From Chrysomallon squamiferum (taxonomy: Eukaryota; Animalia; Mollusca), in NCBI GenBank assembly GCA_012295275.1, contig CM022676.1, positions 1,922,001 to 1,986,000 on the forward strand: DNA of 64,000 nucleotides. Direction: 5' to 3'. Of the stretch, positions 1-12,899 are shown piece after piece. Made by a program: the position numbers and the translations under genes. Below the pieces are notes generated by a model. That model saw nothing but the letters and a program-made list of their open reading frames with translations. It did no database searches and had not been told where the DNA came from. The stretch's first letter is position 1. Each line of letters begins with the position of its first letter.

Positions 1-96
1 TCTGTCTCTGTCTGTCTGTCTACTTGTCTGTCTGTCTGTCTGTCTACTTGTCTGTCTGTCTGTGTCTGTCTTTCTAATTGTATGTATATGTTGTAG

Positions 97-222
97 GTTG
101 TATGATGAAAGGGCAGTGTTACCCTCCAGGTACATTCAAGAGACTGAGCAGTGGGAGTTGTTTCTGTCTGATGAACAGATGGGCCTGCATCAATCTGCCA
201 ATCATTCCTAGGACGTGTAACG
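97..222 (+). CDS. Cys-rich modular secreted protein, copy A, internal exon (GCMMKGQCYPPG...RTCN)
   Basis: tgtag| acceptor, |gtaaaa donor, 126 nt, phase 1-1, C-x5-C...CxC-x4-W-x-C module. Reads identical to 36412-36537. Confidence 0.8.
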
Positions 223-725
223 GTAAAACGTCTGTCCGTCCTATGTTCTTCTGTCTGTTGTTTCGTCTTTGTCAGTGACACTCTCCGCGTGTCTGTCTTT
301 CTGTTTGTTTGTCTCTCTTCTGTCTTGTTGAAAATCTAGGAACCTTTTATGTAATTTTTGAACTGTTTAGATTGTTTATATACATTATTATTTTTCTTTG
401 TTGGTTTGTTTATATTTGCATAATTGTATTTTATTTTAATATTTATTTACTTCCTTTGTCTTGTTTACTTCAGTAACTTGCTTTTAAGTTAATTTTATTA
501 TATTTAATTATTAATAATTTTAATGATTAACTTTTAAACTTTTATTTTTTAATTATATTTATATTTTATTTTATTTCATTCTATTTTATTTTAGTTTTTA
601 ATTTAATTTAATTTAATTTAATTTAATTTAATTTATATTTTATTTTACTTGTTTTTACTTTTTGTTTTTTGTTGTTTTCTTGTAACAGTTTGATCATTTT
701 ATTTTGTTTAACGTGTATTTACCAG

Positions 726-890
726 GCTGTGTATATAAAGACAGATGTTACCTACCTGGTGAGAAGAGGAGATCTAAATTCGCGTTTGGCAGGAAAACTT
801 GTACTTGCAGAAATAAAAAATGGAAGTGTTCTGCTGTGGGTATCCCTGCTGTGGGTCTCGATCCACCCAAAATAATGGCTCCCCCTCCAG
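726..890 (+). CDS. Cys-rich modular protein, copy A exon (GCVYKDRCY...KIMAPPP)
   Basis: accag| and |gtaaac, 165 nt, phase 1-1, open frame. Paralog of 37056-37205. Confidence 0.8.
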
Positions 891-1419
891 GTAAACAGCG
901 ACATTAACTAAAATGAAAACGTTCACAAGTAAAGATTACTGGTCATACATACACACAAACAGATGGATAAACAAAAAAGGCACAAAGTAAGCTATCTGTG
1001 TCTGTGTTTTTCTCTCTACGTATCCAGGTTTGTCTATCTACGCATCTATGTAATTTATTTAATGCTATTTTCTTTATTTGTTGTCTGTATCAAATGTTAC
1101 TATAAAAAAGCCTGTACAAGTCGAATGACGAAACAGATCTCAACAGAGACTCGCCGTACTCCACCATTCTCACTTTCGCAGGATAAAGCCGACATCCTAA
1201 GAGTTTAACTAGCTATTTTCTAACCACATAAACATAGACGCACACACAAACCTACACACACAATATTATACATACATTTACCATACATATTACCAGTGGT
1301 TATTATCATTCGTTCTCACTATAGGAAATAAATTATTACTGAATTTATCAGTCTGTTGTATTTTTAATTATTATTATCAATTTGTTTTAATATTTTTTGT
1401 TTTAACTTATATTTTCCAG

Positions 1420-1578
1420 CTTGCATGTATAAAGGTAAATGGTACCCACTTGGTCAAGTGAGGCACTCTAAAGTTGACGGAGGCACAGAAACTTGTACTT
1501 GTAAAAAGAACGACTGGAAGTGCACTGGAATGAGTGACCCTGTCGTATACAATCCACCCATAATGGCTCCCTGTCCAG
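1420..1578 (+). CDS. Cys-rich modular protein, copy A exon (ACMYKGKWYPLG...TCTCKKNDWKC...APCP)
   Basis: ttccag| and |gtaaac, 159 nt, open frame, phase 1-1. Not in the ORF track. Confidence 0.78.
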
Positions 1579-2099
1579 GTAAACATTGACATTAACTAAA
1601 ATCAAAACGTTGTTAACTAAAGATTACTGGTCATACATACATACAAACAGATGGATAACGATACACACATAAAACAAGAACTCTATGTCTCTCTGTGTGT
1701 CTGTCTACCTCTCCATTTCTCTGTGTTTTTCTCTCTACGTATCCATCTGTCTGTCTACCTATGTAACTATCTACTTAGTTGTCCGTCTGTCTCTGTATAA
1801 ATAATAATAACACAAAATTAATGTATGTAATAATATTATTTAAAATAATAACATCAGTAATTAAATATACAGCACTTATTAAATAGCATCTCGAGTATTA
1901 CAAACTAGTGGTAAAAATGTATTGAATTTTCTTTTCTTTGTTTGTTCTCTGTATCAATTTTTACTATAAGAAAGCCTGTACAAGTCGAATGACTAAACAA
2001 ATCTCAACAGAGCCTCGCTGTATTCTACCATTCTCAACTTCGCAGGATAAAGCTGATCATAAGAGAGTAACTAGATATTTACTAACCTATATTTACCAG

Positions 2100-2261
2100 G
2101 TTGCATGTATAAAGGTAAATGCTACCCACTTGGTCATGTGAGGCACTCTAAAGTAGTCGGAGGCACAGAAACTTGTACTTGTAAAAAGAACGACTGGAAG
2201 TGCACTGGAATGGGTGACCCTGTCGTATACGATCCACCCAAACTGATGGCTCCCCCTCCAG
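2100..2261 (+). CDS. Cys-rich modular protein, copy A exon (GCMYKGKCYPLG...MAPPP)
   Basis: accag| and |gtaaac, 162 nt, open frame, phase 1-1. Confidence 0.78.
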
Positions 2262-2944
2262 GTAAACAGCGACATTAACTAAAATCAAAACGTTCACAAG
2301 TAAAGATTACTGGTCATACATACACACAAACAGGTGGATACACACAAAAGGCACAAAGTAAGCTATCTGTGTCTGTGTTCTTCTCTCTACGCATCTATGA
2401 GCCTCTGTAACTAACTATTTAGTTGTCCGTCTGTCTCTGTACAAATGAATATGATTAATAATAATAACACAGAAGTAAAACTGTTATTTAAAATAATTTC
2501 ATCAGTAATTAAATACACAACACTTATTAAACAACATCTCCAGCGATGCTAACTAGTGGTAAAAAAGTTAAAATTTATTTAATGCTATTTTCTTTATTTG
2601 TTCTCAGTTTCAAATTTTACTATAGAAAAGCCTGTACAAGTCGAATGACGAAACAGATCTCAACAGAGACTCGCCGTATTCAACAATTCTCAACTTCGCA
2701 GGATAAAGCCGACATCCTAAGAGTTTAACTGGTTATTTTCTAACCACATACACATAGACGACGCACACACAAACCTACACACACACAATATTATACATAC
2801 ATTTACCATACATTTTATCATTGGTTACTATCATTCGTTCTGACTATAGGAAATAAATTATTACTGAGTTTCTCAGTCTGTTGTCTTTTTAATTATTATT
2901 ATCAATTTGTTTTAATGTTTTTTGTTTTAACTTATATTTACCAG

Positions 2945-3103
2945 GTTGCATGTATAAAGGTAAATGGTACCCACTTGGTCATGTGAGGCACTCTAAAGTA
3001 GAAGGAGGCACAGAAACTTGTACTTGTAAAAAGAACGACTGGAAGTGCACTGGAATAAGTGACCCTGTCGTATACAATCCACCCAAACTAGCTCCGTGTC
3101 CAG
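2945..3103 (+). CDS. Cys-rich modular protein, copy A exon (GCMYKGKWYPLG...LAPCP)
   Basis: accag| and |gtaaac, 159 nt, open frame, phase 1-1. Confidence 0.78.
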
Positions 3104-3765
3104 GTAAACATTGACATTAACTAAAATCAAAACGTTGACAAGTAAAAATTACTGTACATACATACATACAAACAGATGGATAACGATACACACATAAAAC
3201 AAGTAATCGCTGTCTGTCTGACTGTTTATACGTCTGTATATCACTTTCTCAATATCTGTCTACGTTCTAGCACTTAGTACCTACGTACTTAGTTTATGTA
3301 TAATCTCTCTCTGTCAGTTGAGTTGATTAAATAATAATACAAAAGTTATGTTACCTTGATAGTTTCACTGGTGACACAAACTAGAGAATATTTTATTTGT
3401 TTATTTATTTACTTTTCTTTACTTGTTACTCTCAACCAATGTTGATTAGCAATGAAGCCTGGAAACTCAAAGGGAAATCGAGTGATCTACAGTTAGGATG
3501 TTAGTGATACAAACATTTAACACAAATATGTTTTGTATACGTCTCTTTTTACTTAGTTAATTTCATCTGTTTATTTGTATTATTTATGATAGCAGGATAA
3601 AAAGAAATAACTGGTTATTGTTGTGAGATATCAGTTTTATCCTGATCAGGACGAATGGGAGTGAAGCTTCACAGAGCCTCGCTGTTTTCTGACATTCTAT
3701 CCTTCGCAGGTTAAAGCTGATATCTAAACACATTAACCAGTTACTCCATAGAAACACATATAGAT

Positions 3766-3825
<60 letters not shown>

Positions 3826-3984
3826 ACACACACACTATTATATATAACTGTATCATTCACAAAACAGTTGGTGACTATAATTTGTTCTCACTACAGGATC
3901 TAAATCATTACCGAATCCCTTAATCTCTTTTGTCGCTCTTTCTTAAAATGTTCATTTTGTTTACTTATAACATATATCTACCAG

Positions 3985-4115
3985 GCTGTACGCATAAAGG
4001 TAAATGCTAGCAGCTGGTCATGTGAGGACATTTAAAGCAGACACTGGTACACAAACTTGTAAAGGTAAAATGTGGTTTTGTAGAGGAAATGTGAATTCTG
4101 AAGAGCTCGGCAAAC
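3985..4115 (+). pseudogene. Decayed module exon (pseudo-exon) of the Cys-rich gene, copy A
   Basis: accag|GC TGT ACG CAT AAA GGT AAA TGC TAG: in-frame stop and frameshift, CxC collapsed, W-F-C retained, |gtaaat donor. Confidence 0.65.
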
Positions 4116-4882
4116 GTAAATTATTATATTAACTGATACGAAAACTTGAAAATTACTTTAGTGATCGGGTGACTGGTTTGTTTATTCCTTCACTGATTTA
4201 GTTACTCATATACGTATTTACGTAGGAACACCTACACACAAATATCTACACACATACATACATACATACATACATACATACATACACATATACATATATA
4301 CATACATATATACATACATTTTTATTCTGTCTTTATTTCTGTCTATATCTTATCTATGAGTCTATCTGAAAATTAAGCTGATTAAAATACTAGTAAAAAA
4401 TATGTTCCCTCAGCTAATCATATTATTTAAAACAATGGTAAATAATTAAACTCACAAGACTTATTATTAAGATAGAAATCAGAGAAATAAGTGTATTTTA
4501 TTTAACTCTGTTTTCTTCACTTTTTACTCTCAAGAAAAAGCGCTGCTAGTAATAAAAGTCGACCGGCGTATTGAAGTCAGGCTGAGCCTCACTGCATTCT
4601 GCCATTATAACCTTCGCAGGATAAAGCTGACATTCACAAACACGCCCACACGCCCACACGCACACAAATATATTGTGAAAATTACCAATGGTTACTTTCA
4701 TATGCTTACACCATAGGAACTGTGTCATTCCTGAATGCACGTGTTCTATTTTCCATTATCTTTTTATTTAATAATAACATAAATGTTACCCATCTTCTCA
4801 CTGTGAGGAAATCTAAATTAGAAACTTGTACTTGTACATAGACATGCACAGAGATACACACACATATATACACATATTGATA

Positions 4883-4940
<58 letters not shown>

Positions 4941-5354
4941 TAGATAGACACACACATACATGCATATATACAGACATACACACATTCAGGAAACTCTAAG
5001 AATTGATTCGAGAAAGGAAGGGTTCATACTGTATAGTTGCACACCAAGAAACAGAACGTCTGTGGTAGAGATAATCTGGATGAAGTAAGAATTTGATCAT
5101 TCACGGACTGTTGCTCAACTGACTAATAATTATGTGGGTTTTTTTTTTTACCCCTAGTACATTCAGATCGCTCTAGCGTATTAGTGACACCACAATTTAC
5201 AATCACACATTCTGACTACTGGGGTTGCTGCCACATACATTTCTACACGAACATTAATTACACTCACGTCGTAGTCTACGGCGTATCAGCAAACATTCAT
5301 ACACAATTTAATATAATCATCACCTCCTGTATAGAGACCACACTGAGGGTAGGT

Positions 5355-6960
5355 AACACTGTGTGTTTAGATACCACTGTGTGTGTAGATAACACTGTTG
5401 TTTATAGATAACACTGTGTGTATAGATAACACTGTGTGTATAGATGACACTGTGTGCATAGATAACACTGTATAGATAAAACTGTGAATAGAAAACACTG
5501 AGAATATGGATAACACTGTTTTTATAGATAACACTTTTTGTACAGACAACTCTGTGCGTATTTATAACACTGTGTGCATAGATAACACTGTTGTGTGTAT
5601 AGATGTGTTGTGTGATAGATAACACTGTTGTCTGTATAGATAACACTGTGGTGTGTATAGATATCACTTCGTAGAGATAACACTTTGTATAGATAACACT
5701 GTGTGAATAGACAATCCTGATGTATAGATACCAATTTTGTATAGAGATAACACAGTTGTCTGTATAGATAAAACTGTTGTGTGTATAGATAACACTGTTG
5801 TCTGTATAGATAACACTGTTGTGTGTATAGATAACACTGTTGTGTGTATAGATAACACTGTGTGTATAGATAACACTGTTGTGTGTATAGATAACATTGT
5901 GTGTATAGATAACATTGTGTGTATAGATAACACTGTGTGTATAGATAACACTGTGTATAGATAACACTGTGTATAGATAACACTGTGTATAGATAACACT
6001 ATGTATATAGATAACACTGTTTATAGATAACACTGTGTGTATAGATAACATTGTGTGTATAGATAACACTGTGTGTATAGATAACACTGTGTGTATAGAT
6101 AACACTGTGTATAGATAACACTGTGTGTATAGATAACACTGTGTATAGATAACACTGTGTATAGATAACACTGTGTATATAGATAACACTGTGTGTATAG
6201 ATAACACTGTGTGTATAGATAACACTGTGTGTATAGATAACACTGTGTGTATAGATAACACTGTGTATAGATAACACTGTGTATAGATAACACTGTGTGT
6301 ATAGATAACACTGTGTATAGATAACACTGTGTATAGATAACACTTTGTGTGTATAGATAACACTGTGTGTATAGATAACACTGTGTGTATAGATAACACT
6401 GTGTATAGATAACACTGTGTATAGATAACACTGTGTATAGATAACACTGTGTGTATAGATAACACTGTGTGTATAGATAACACTGTGTGTGTATGTAACA
6501 CTGTGTGTATAGATAACACTGTGTGTGTAGATAACACTGTGTGTATAGATAACACTGTGTGTATAGATAACACTGTGTGTATAGATAACATTGTGTGTAT
6601 AGATAACACTGTGTATATAGATAACACTGTGTATAGATAACACTGTTGTGTGTATAGATAACACTGTGTGTATAGATAACATTGTGTATAGATAACACTA
6701 TGTATGTAGATAACACTGTGTGTATAGATAACACTGTGTATAGATAACACTATGTGTATAGATAACACTATGTGTATAGATAACACTGTGTGTATAGATA
6801 ACACTATGTGTATAGATAACACTATGTGTATAGATAACACTGTGTGTATAGATAACACTGTGTATAGATAACACTATGTGTATAGATAACACTATGTGTA
6901 TAGATAACACTGTGTATACAGATAACACTGATGTACGGATAAAACTGTGTGTAGATAACA
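5355..6960. repeat. Minisatellite, 16-21 bp unit (TG)n-TATAGATAACAC, about 1.6 kb
   Basis: Direct reading. It generates the spurious HTVLSI and CIDNTV ORFs. Confidence 0.95.
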
Positions 6961-7283
6961 CTTCTTTCTGATTTAATAAATAATGACAGGTTTACAATTT
7001 GGCGTTATGATTGTTTGGCTGTTAATGCCGATGTTTTGCCAAGGCAGGTACTGTAGAAAGCTAAAAGATTTCGTCAGAGAGTTAAACAAGGAGTAGTGTG
7101 TGAGTGTTTGTGAATGTTTGGCAGACGGATAACGGTCTTTTTCAAAGTTCGTTAATTAACATCAATTGATGTTTCTTTTTATTCACTTCTTAGGTTTGAA
7201 AGTAAACATTATGAATTATTTTGTTAGTTTTAGAAGTTGGCATCAACAACACCAACAAAATATGATAATAAATAAAAAAAAAA

Positions 7284-7350
<67 letters not shown>

Positions 7351-8115
7351 GTTGGACAGACTCCAGACAGAGTCATACAGACCGATAAAGAGATAGATAG
7401 ACAGATAGACAGGCAGATAGATAGACAGACAAACCGATTGATAGATACGCCCAGTATGATAATATGACCTAACTTTTATTATAATTAAGATCGTTGTACC
7501 TGTTTCGGCGATATGACGTAATTCGTGTTTAAGAGATGTAACGCAGTTCGTTATGACGTCATATCGAAACTGTATGATAACGTAGCGTATAATACGATGA
7601 GTCAATGAAATACATTTTACGACGCAGTTACCATAGTTACTAGATTTCTATTTTATTTTAAATGTCTTTTATACATGGATTTACGATTTTTATATACTAA
7701 GAAATATTACTGGCACAAACTATCGGTGTTTAAATTCGTGCAGCAGTTGTCAGTTGAAAATAGAAAATAATTGTATAACATTGGTAAATAAGTTAAAAGT
7801 ACCTCAAACATTCACTTTCAGCATATATAACTGTCTATCCTGTATTTCTTGTACCACTTGTCACCTGGTTATATTTCCTTATTTGTTATATGAACTGCAA
7901 GACAGTAAGTCGAAAAGCTTAAAGTTAATAAGAAATGCAATACCACAACAGTAGCAAAATAATAATACTAATGATAATGATGAATAACGAAAGTAGTAAA
8001 TAACATAATTAGGAAACAAAGAAAGATGGAAAGAAATAATAATAAAAGATTATTATAAAATTGAATACAAGAATAATTAACCCACTAACTAAATAAATAG
8101 ATAATAAATAAACCA

Positions 8116-8162
<47 letters not shown>

Positions 8163-8175
8163 ACAAACAAATACA

Positions 8176-8230
<55 letters not shown>

Positions 8231-8271
8231 ACGTCATTAATACACCAATCTATTTCAATCTCTCTTTGCAG

Positions 8272-8369
8272 GTTGTCTGAAGAAAGACGGGACGTGTGCC
8301 AAAGAGGGAGAGAGGAGGGACGATGGTTCTAAGTGTCTTTGTATTCAGAACAACTGGGCGTGTCCCTAG
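8272..8369 (+). CDS. Cys-rich modular protein, copy A terminal exon (GCLKKDGTCAKEG...CLCIQNNWACP*)
   Basis: tttgcag| acceptor, TAG at 8367-8369, AATAAA at about 8461. Paralog of 43835-43932. Confidence 0.8.
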
Positions 8370-8540
8370 AGAGAAACGATTAGAGAAGCACGTAGATATT
8401 TCTCAGATTACTTCAACATCTGTCAAGTTAAATCAGTAATAATGAAACTGTATTATGAATAATAAATGGTTGACATTTGTTATTTGTTGTTTGAATCAGT
8501 TTTCTAACATCTACATTAAATACGGTTAGTTAATGACACA

Positions 8541-8679
<139 letters not shown>

Positions 8680-8924
8680 TATGAGTTGTGTCCACGTGCA
8701 CAGACAGAAACAAAAATATGTATATTGATCGTAGAAAGAGAGAAGAAGCAGATGCAGGAGGAGAGAGAAAGACAAAAGGAGAAATAAACGCACAGACACA
8801 CGCGCACTTAGTAACATGCAAAAGCACGCACTAACAGGTTGATGAACGCACACACGGCTGGTTCTGAATATTCTGTCAATTTGTGTTTAGCAGATTACAA
8901 TCAAGTCACCACTAATAGTTTTAT

Positions 8925-8983
<59 letters not shown>

Positions 8984-9312
8984 CATTCACAAACATTATT
9001 ATTATATACATACATATATACATACCTACTTAAAATACAGTTTATCATTAGTTTTTGGTTTTTGTTACTGTTACTATGACATTCACAGCAAACGGTTTAC
9101 AACCCCTCCCACAACCCCCCCCCACACATACAAGCATCACAAACAACAAAACATAAAACAAATAAGAAATATAATAATAATGAATGAAATATTCACAACA
9201 GCAAAAACAATTACAAGAGAAAACCCAGTCATTTCTTTATAAATAACACGTTCTCTTTTATATCCATTAACATTTCCTCGAAATTCTTTCCTCTCGCTCT
9301 TTCTTGGCATCA

Positions 9313-9420
<108 letters not shown>

Positions 9421-9995
9421 AAACACATTATATCTATATTTATACTCATACATACATTATTATTATTTCCATAATTTTAAAATTATGTACTGCATATTGT
9501 AAATCTATAATCGTTTGCAGCTGTAAGTATATATAAAGACATACACGTAGACATGTACTCATATGTGTGTGAATATATGTAAGTATGCGTACAGATGTAT
9601 TTATTTATGTATTTATGTATGTATTTATATCTATTTATATATGACATAGACTTCAGCATCTCTCTCTCTCTCTCTCTGTTTATTTATAGGTTCAACATTT
9701 CTGTTACAGTTCTCGCATTCTCTGTGTACTTATGTTATCTGGGTTGTTGGTTAAACTCTACGAATGCGTCTGACAAGCTATATTACGTTCCCGATGGATG
9801 TTGCGTATCAATGACTGTCGTATTTGAATCCACGTGTGTCGAACATGGTCAAGATCACGCACCAGGTAAACCTGGTGTCCTTTCTTATAAATCAGCTTTG
9901 AATTAAATCATCATTTGTCTGACAGCTTATAACGGCTTGTGTTAAAATGTTTCAGAATAATATATCGATTAGTATGTCAGAAAAGAGCATTGTCT

Positions 9996-10037
<42 letters not shown>

Positions 10038-10425
10038 TTGAGTGAATGAGTGTGTATGGCAGTGTATGTTGCTGTTATAATCTATCACGGAATAAAAGTT
10101 AGGTGTTAATAAAACTGATTTAAGATATATCGCTCGCGTAATTTGATTTGTTTATTTGCTATGTGTTGTATATGTTTTAGTGTGGTTGCATTTGTCCTTA
10201 CGAAGGTAAGAATGAAACTTCTGTTTTTTTCCTTTGTACATCTGATGAGACATTATTTAGGAAAGCAGTAATACAGGACAAAGTCAAGTCAGAATTAATG
10301 TCAGCGACCATTCTCCCGTGCTCTGTAGGCGTACAGTAAATACCACTACAACCGAGGCAAGAAAAAAGAACTCATTATACGTGCGTATTTGCATTCATGT
10401 ATGTGTGTATATGTTTGTATGTATG

Positions 10426-10483
<58 letters not shown>

Positions 10484-10978
10484 CATACTGTAATATATTT
10501 GTGTACATGTATACACCTACGTATGTATAAACATATTATATATATATATATATAGATACATATATTTGTGTAAACCATGTCTATAGTTTTTGTCTCTCTG
10601 TCCTATTGTTATGGTCTGTACGTATACGTCTTCTGTATAAAAAATAAGCAAACGTTTTGTAAGTTTTATACATTATACAAAAAAATTCTTACATTTTCGT
10701 TACAGGTGCCGAATTTATGAAGACACGCATTAATCAGTGATTTATCACAGTTTGATTTTTTTGTTGTTGCCGAAATGAGATTCAGCGATACTGCAAACAA
10801 ACACAAATACCTAACATCTGCAAAATTGTGTGATGGTTGCATAAGCCTGAACAAGAAGTAGAACGGAGAACTCAGGTCGTATTTGATCGTAAAAGAACAA
10901 AAGTTGAAACCAAAGAAACGATTAATACAAAAAAAAAAGAAGAAAAAAAAGATTTTCCATTCGTAACGTGATAGAGAG

Positions 10979-11476
10979 ATGGCGATGATGAGCAGAGATT
11001 TAGTTTTCTATTTTCTAGATTGTCTTATTTCTAATCTCTTTATTGCTCCCCTCGTCGTCTTCTACTGGCGAGGAACTTGGGAACTTCTCGATTTTTACCT
11101 TCTTCCTGATTCTGTCGAGTACAGCGCCTGGATTTCTCTGACTTTGGGAATCTTTGTGATAGTAACTTTCAACCTTCTACAACGTAGTCTGTCTACATTT
11201 TCAGTGAGGCTCTCCACGACGTGTTTTTTCCTCTTTTCTCGACTCTACACGTACATTCTAGGACTAGCCATCGTCAATCACTGGAGAGGGGTGTGGCTGC
11301 TGCTAAACGCCTACACCGGGGTCAACTGTCTCAGTGCTGTTTTGTCCGTTCTAACTGGTTCAGGATTACTCTTTGCATTTCGATCATACAGGAATGTTCT
11401 CAGTCCTCCAGTCGTCCTTGCTATGGACATATTTCCTGCTGATCATTGTCGGATCTCGACGAGATTCAAACAGGAG
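10979..11476 (+). CDS. Fuseless-family multi-pass membrane protein, copy A, coding exon 1
   Basis: ATG at 10979, hydrophobic helices with VFYWRGTWELLD and VNHWRGVWLLLN motifs typical of the fuseless family, GAG|gttgga donor (phase 0), 5'UTR acceptor ttacag| at about 10705. Confidence 0.85.
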
Positions 11477-11590
11477 GTTGGATATTCTAAGTCTTATTAT
11501 TTGTCTTTTGTACACAGATCGCTAATTTTCTCTACTATTGTTTCCACAGCCTCGCTCGATAATTAAATATCACCTGACCAACAGAAGTCA

Positions 11591-11648
<58 letters not shown>

Positions 11649-12127
11649 TTAATAATAAAGATGATGACGATGATGATAATAATAATATTGATAATGATGA
11701 AAATTCAGTTTTATATCTTTTGTTATTCAAATCAAGAATCGCTAATGAACATCAGGATGATGTACCTTTGCATTAACTTTTTCATTCAAATCAAGAATAC
11801 ATTATTCAGGATGATGTATATGCATTAACTTTCTGCATAACTATATATTATTCACATATTTACAGGAATATTTAAGTTCATATACACTGTACTTACATAC
11901 ATACAATGCACATAAACAACATCAGTGTTACTTCATCATCATCAAGTTCTTTTTTATTCGTTATAATGGTGTTTCTGGTTTCAGTAGATAACTATTTATT
12001 TTTTATGTTTTGCTTATAGTGATTATTATCATCATCATCATCCTAATCGTGATGGTTATTTATTGTCATAATACATGCTTCAGATGTTGCGTTTTTTTTG
12101 TTAATTATGTTTTGGTTACAGCGATCG

Positions 12128-12160
<33 letters not shown>

Positions 12161-12197
12161 ATATTTTCACTTGTTATAAAATTGTTTCTCGTTTCAG

Positions 12198-12734
12198 AAG
12201 ACTTGTCTGTTGTTTGTTCTTGATGTTCTCTTCACGGTGATTTTCAACGGCTCTCTCATTGTTGTCGTTTGGCGTGGTTACTGGGAATTAATGAACATCT
12301 ACGTCTTCCCCGACAACGCCATTCAGAGCGCTTGCTACTCGTTAAACATCGCCTACGGCCTCGTTTCACTGCTTCTGATAACAACGACGCCGATGAAGAT
12401 GATCTCAAGGAAACTGGAAGAAAAGTCTTTCATTGCCAAAGTAATTTTCGAAGATTTTCTTTTCTTTCTGAAAAGTTTGGTGGCTATTTGTCACTGGCGT
12501 GGATTCTGGATTTTTCTCGACGAACTGGTTTTCCCGTCCAACCAGGAGCTCAGTAGATGGTTGACTCATTCTGTAGGAACAGTTGTCCTGGTTGTTATGT
12601 GTTCCTTCAATTCTGTTCTAGCACGTGGTTGTGTGTTGGACGGTTGGGAAGGTGACGGTGAAGGAGTAAAAATGGATATTTCCTACACAACTGCAATATC
12701 AGAAATGTTCAGACGTAAACACTCCAAAACAGAA
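12198..12734 (+). CDS. Fuseless-family protein, copy A, coding exon 2
   Basis: gtttcag|AAG in frame with exon 1, VVVWRGYWELMN and ICHWRGFWIFLD motifs, GAA|gtatgt donor. Confidence 0.85.
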
Positions 12735-12770
12735 GTATGTTCTTTTGCTCTCGCTCTCTCTCTGTCTCTC

Positions 12771-12877
<107 letters not shown>

Positions 12878-12899
12878 CTGTCTCTCTCCATATGTGTCT

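Noticed and set aside
5320-6961. ORFs of 100-512 aa (HTVLSI, CIDNTV)
   Set aside because: They are translations of a minisatellite in several frames on both strands.
6990-7048. Short hydrophobic exon-like segment (MIVWLLMPMFCQG)
   Set aside because: Its phase does not fit the Cys-rich gene and no partner exons were found.
7540-7570. CRE palindrome TGACGTCA shared with about 43125
   Set aside because: Conservation is explained by the duplication itself and there is no independent evidence of function.
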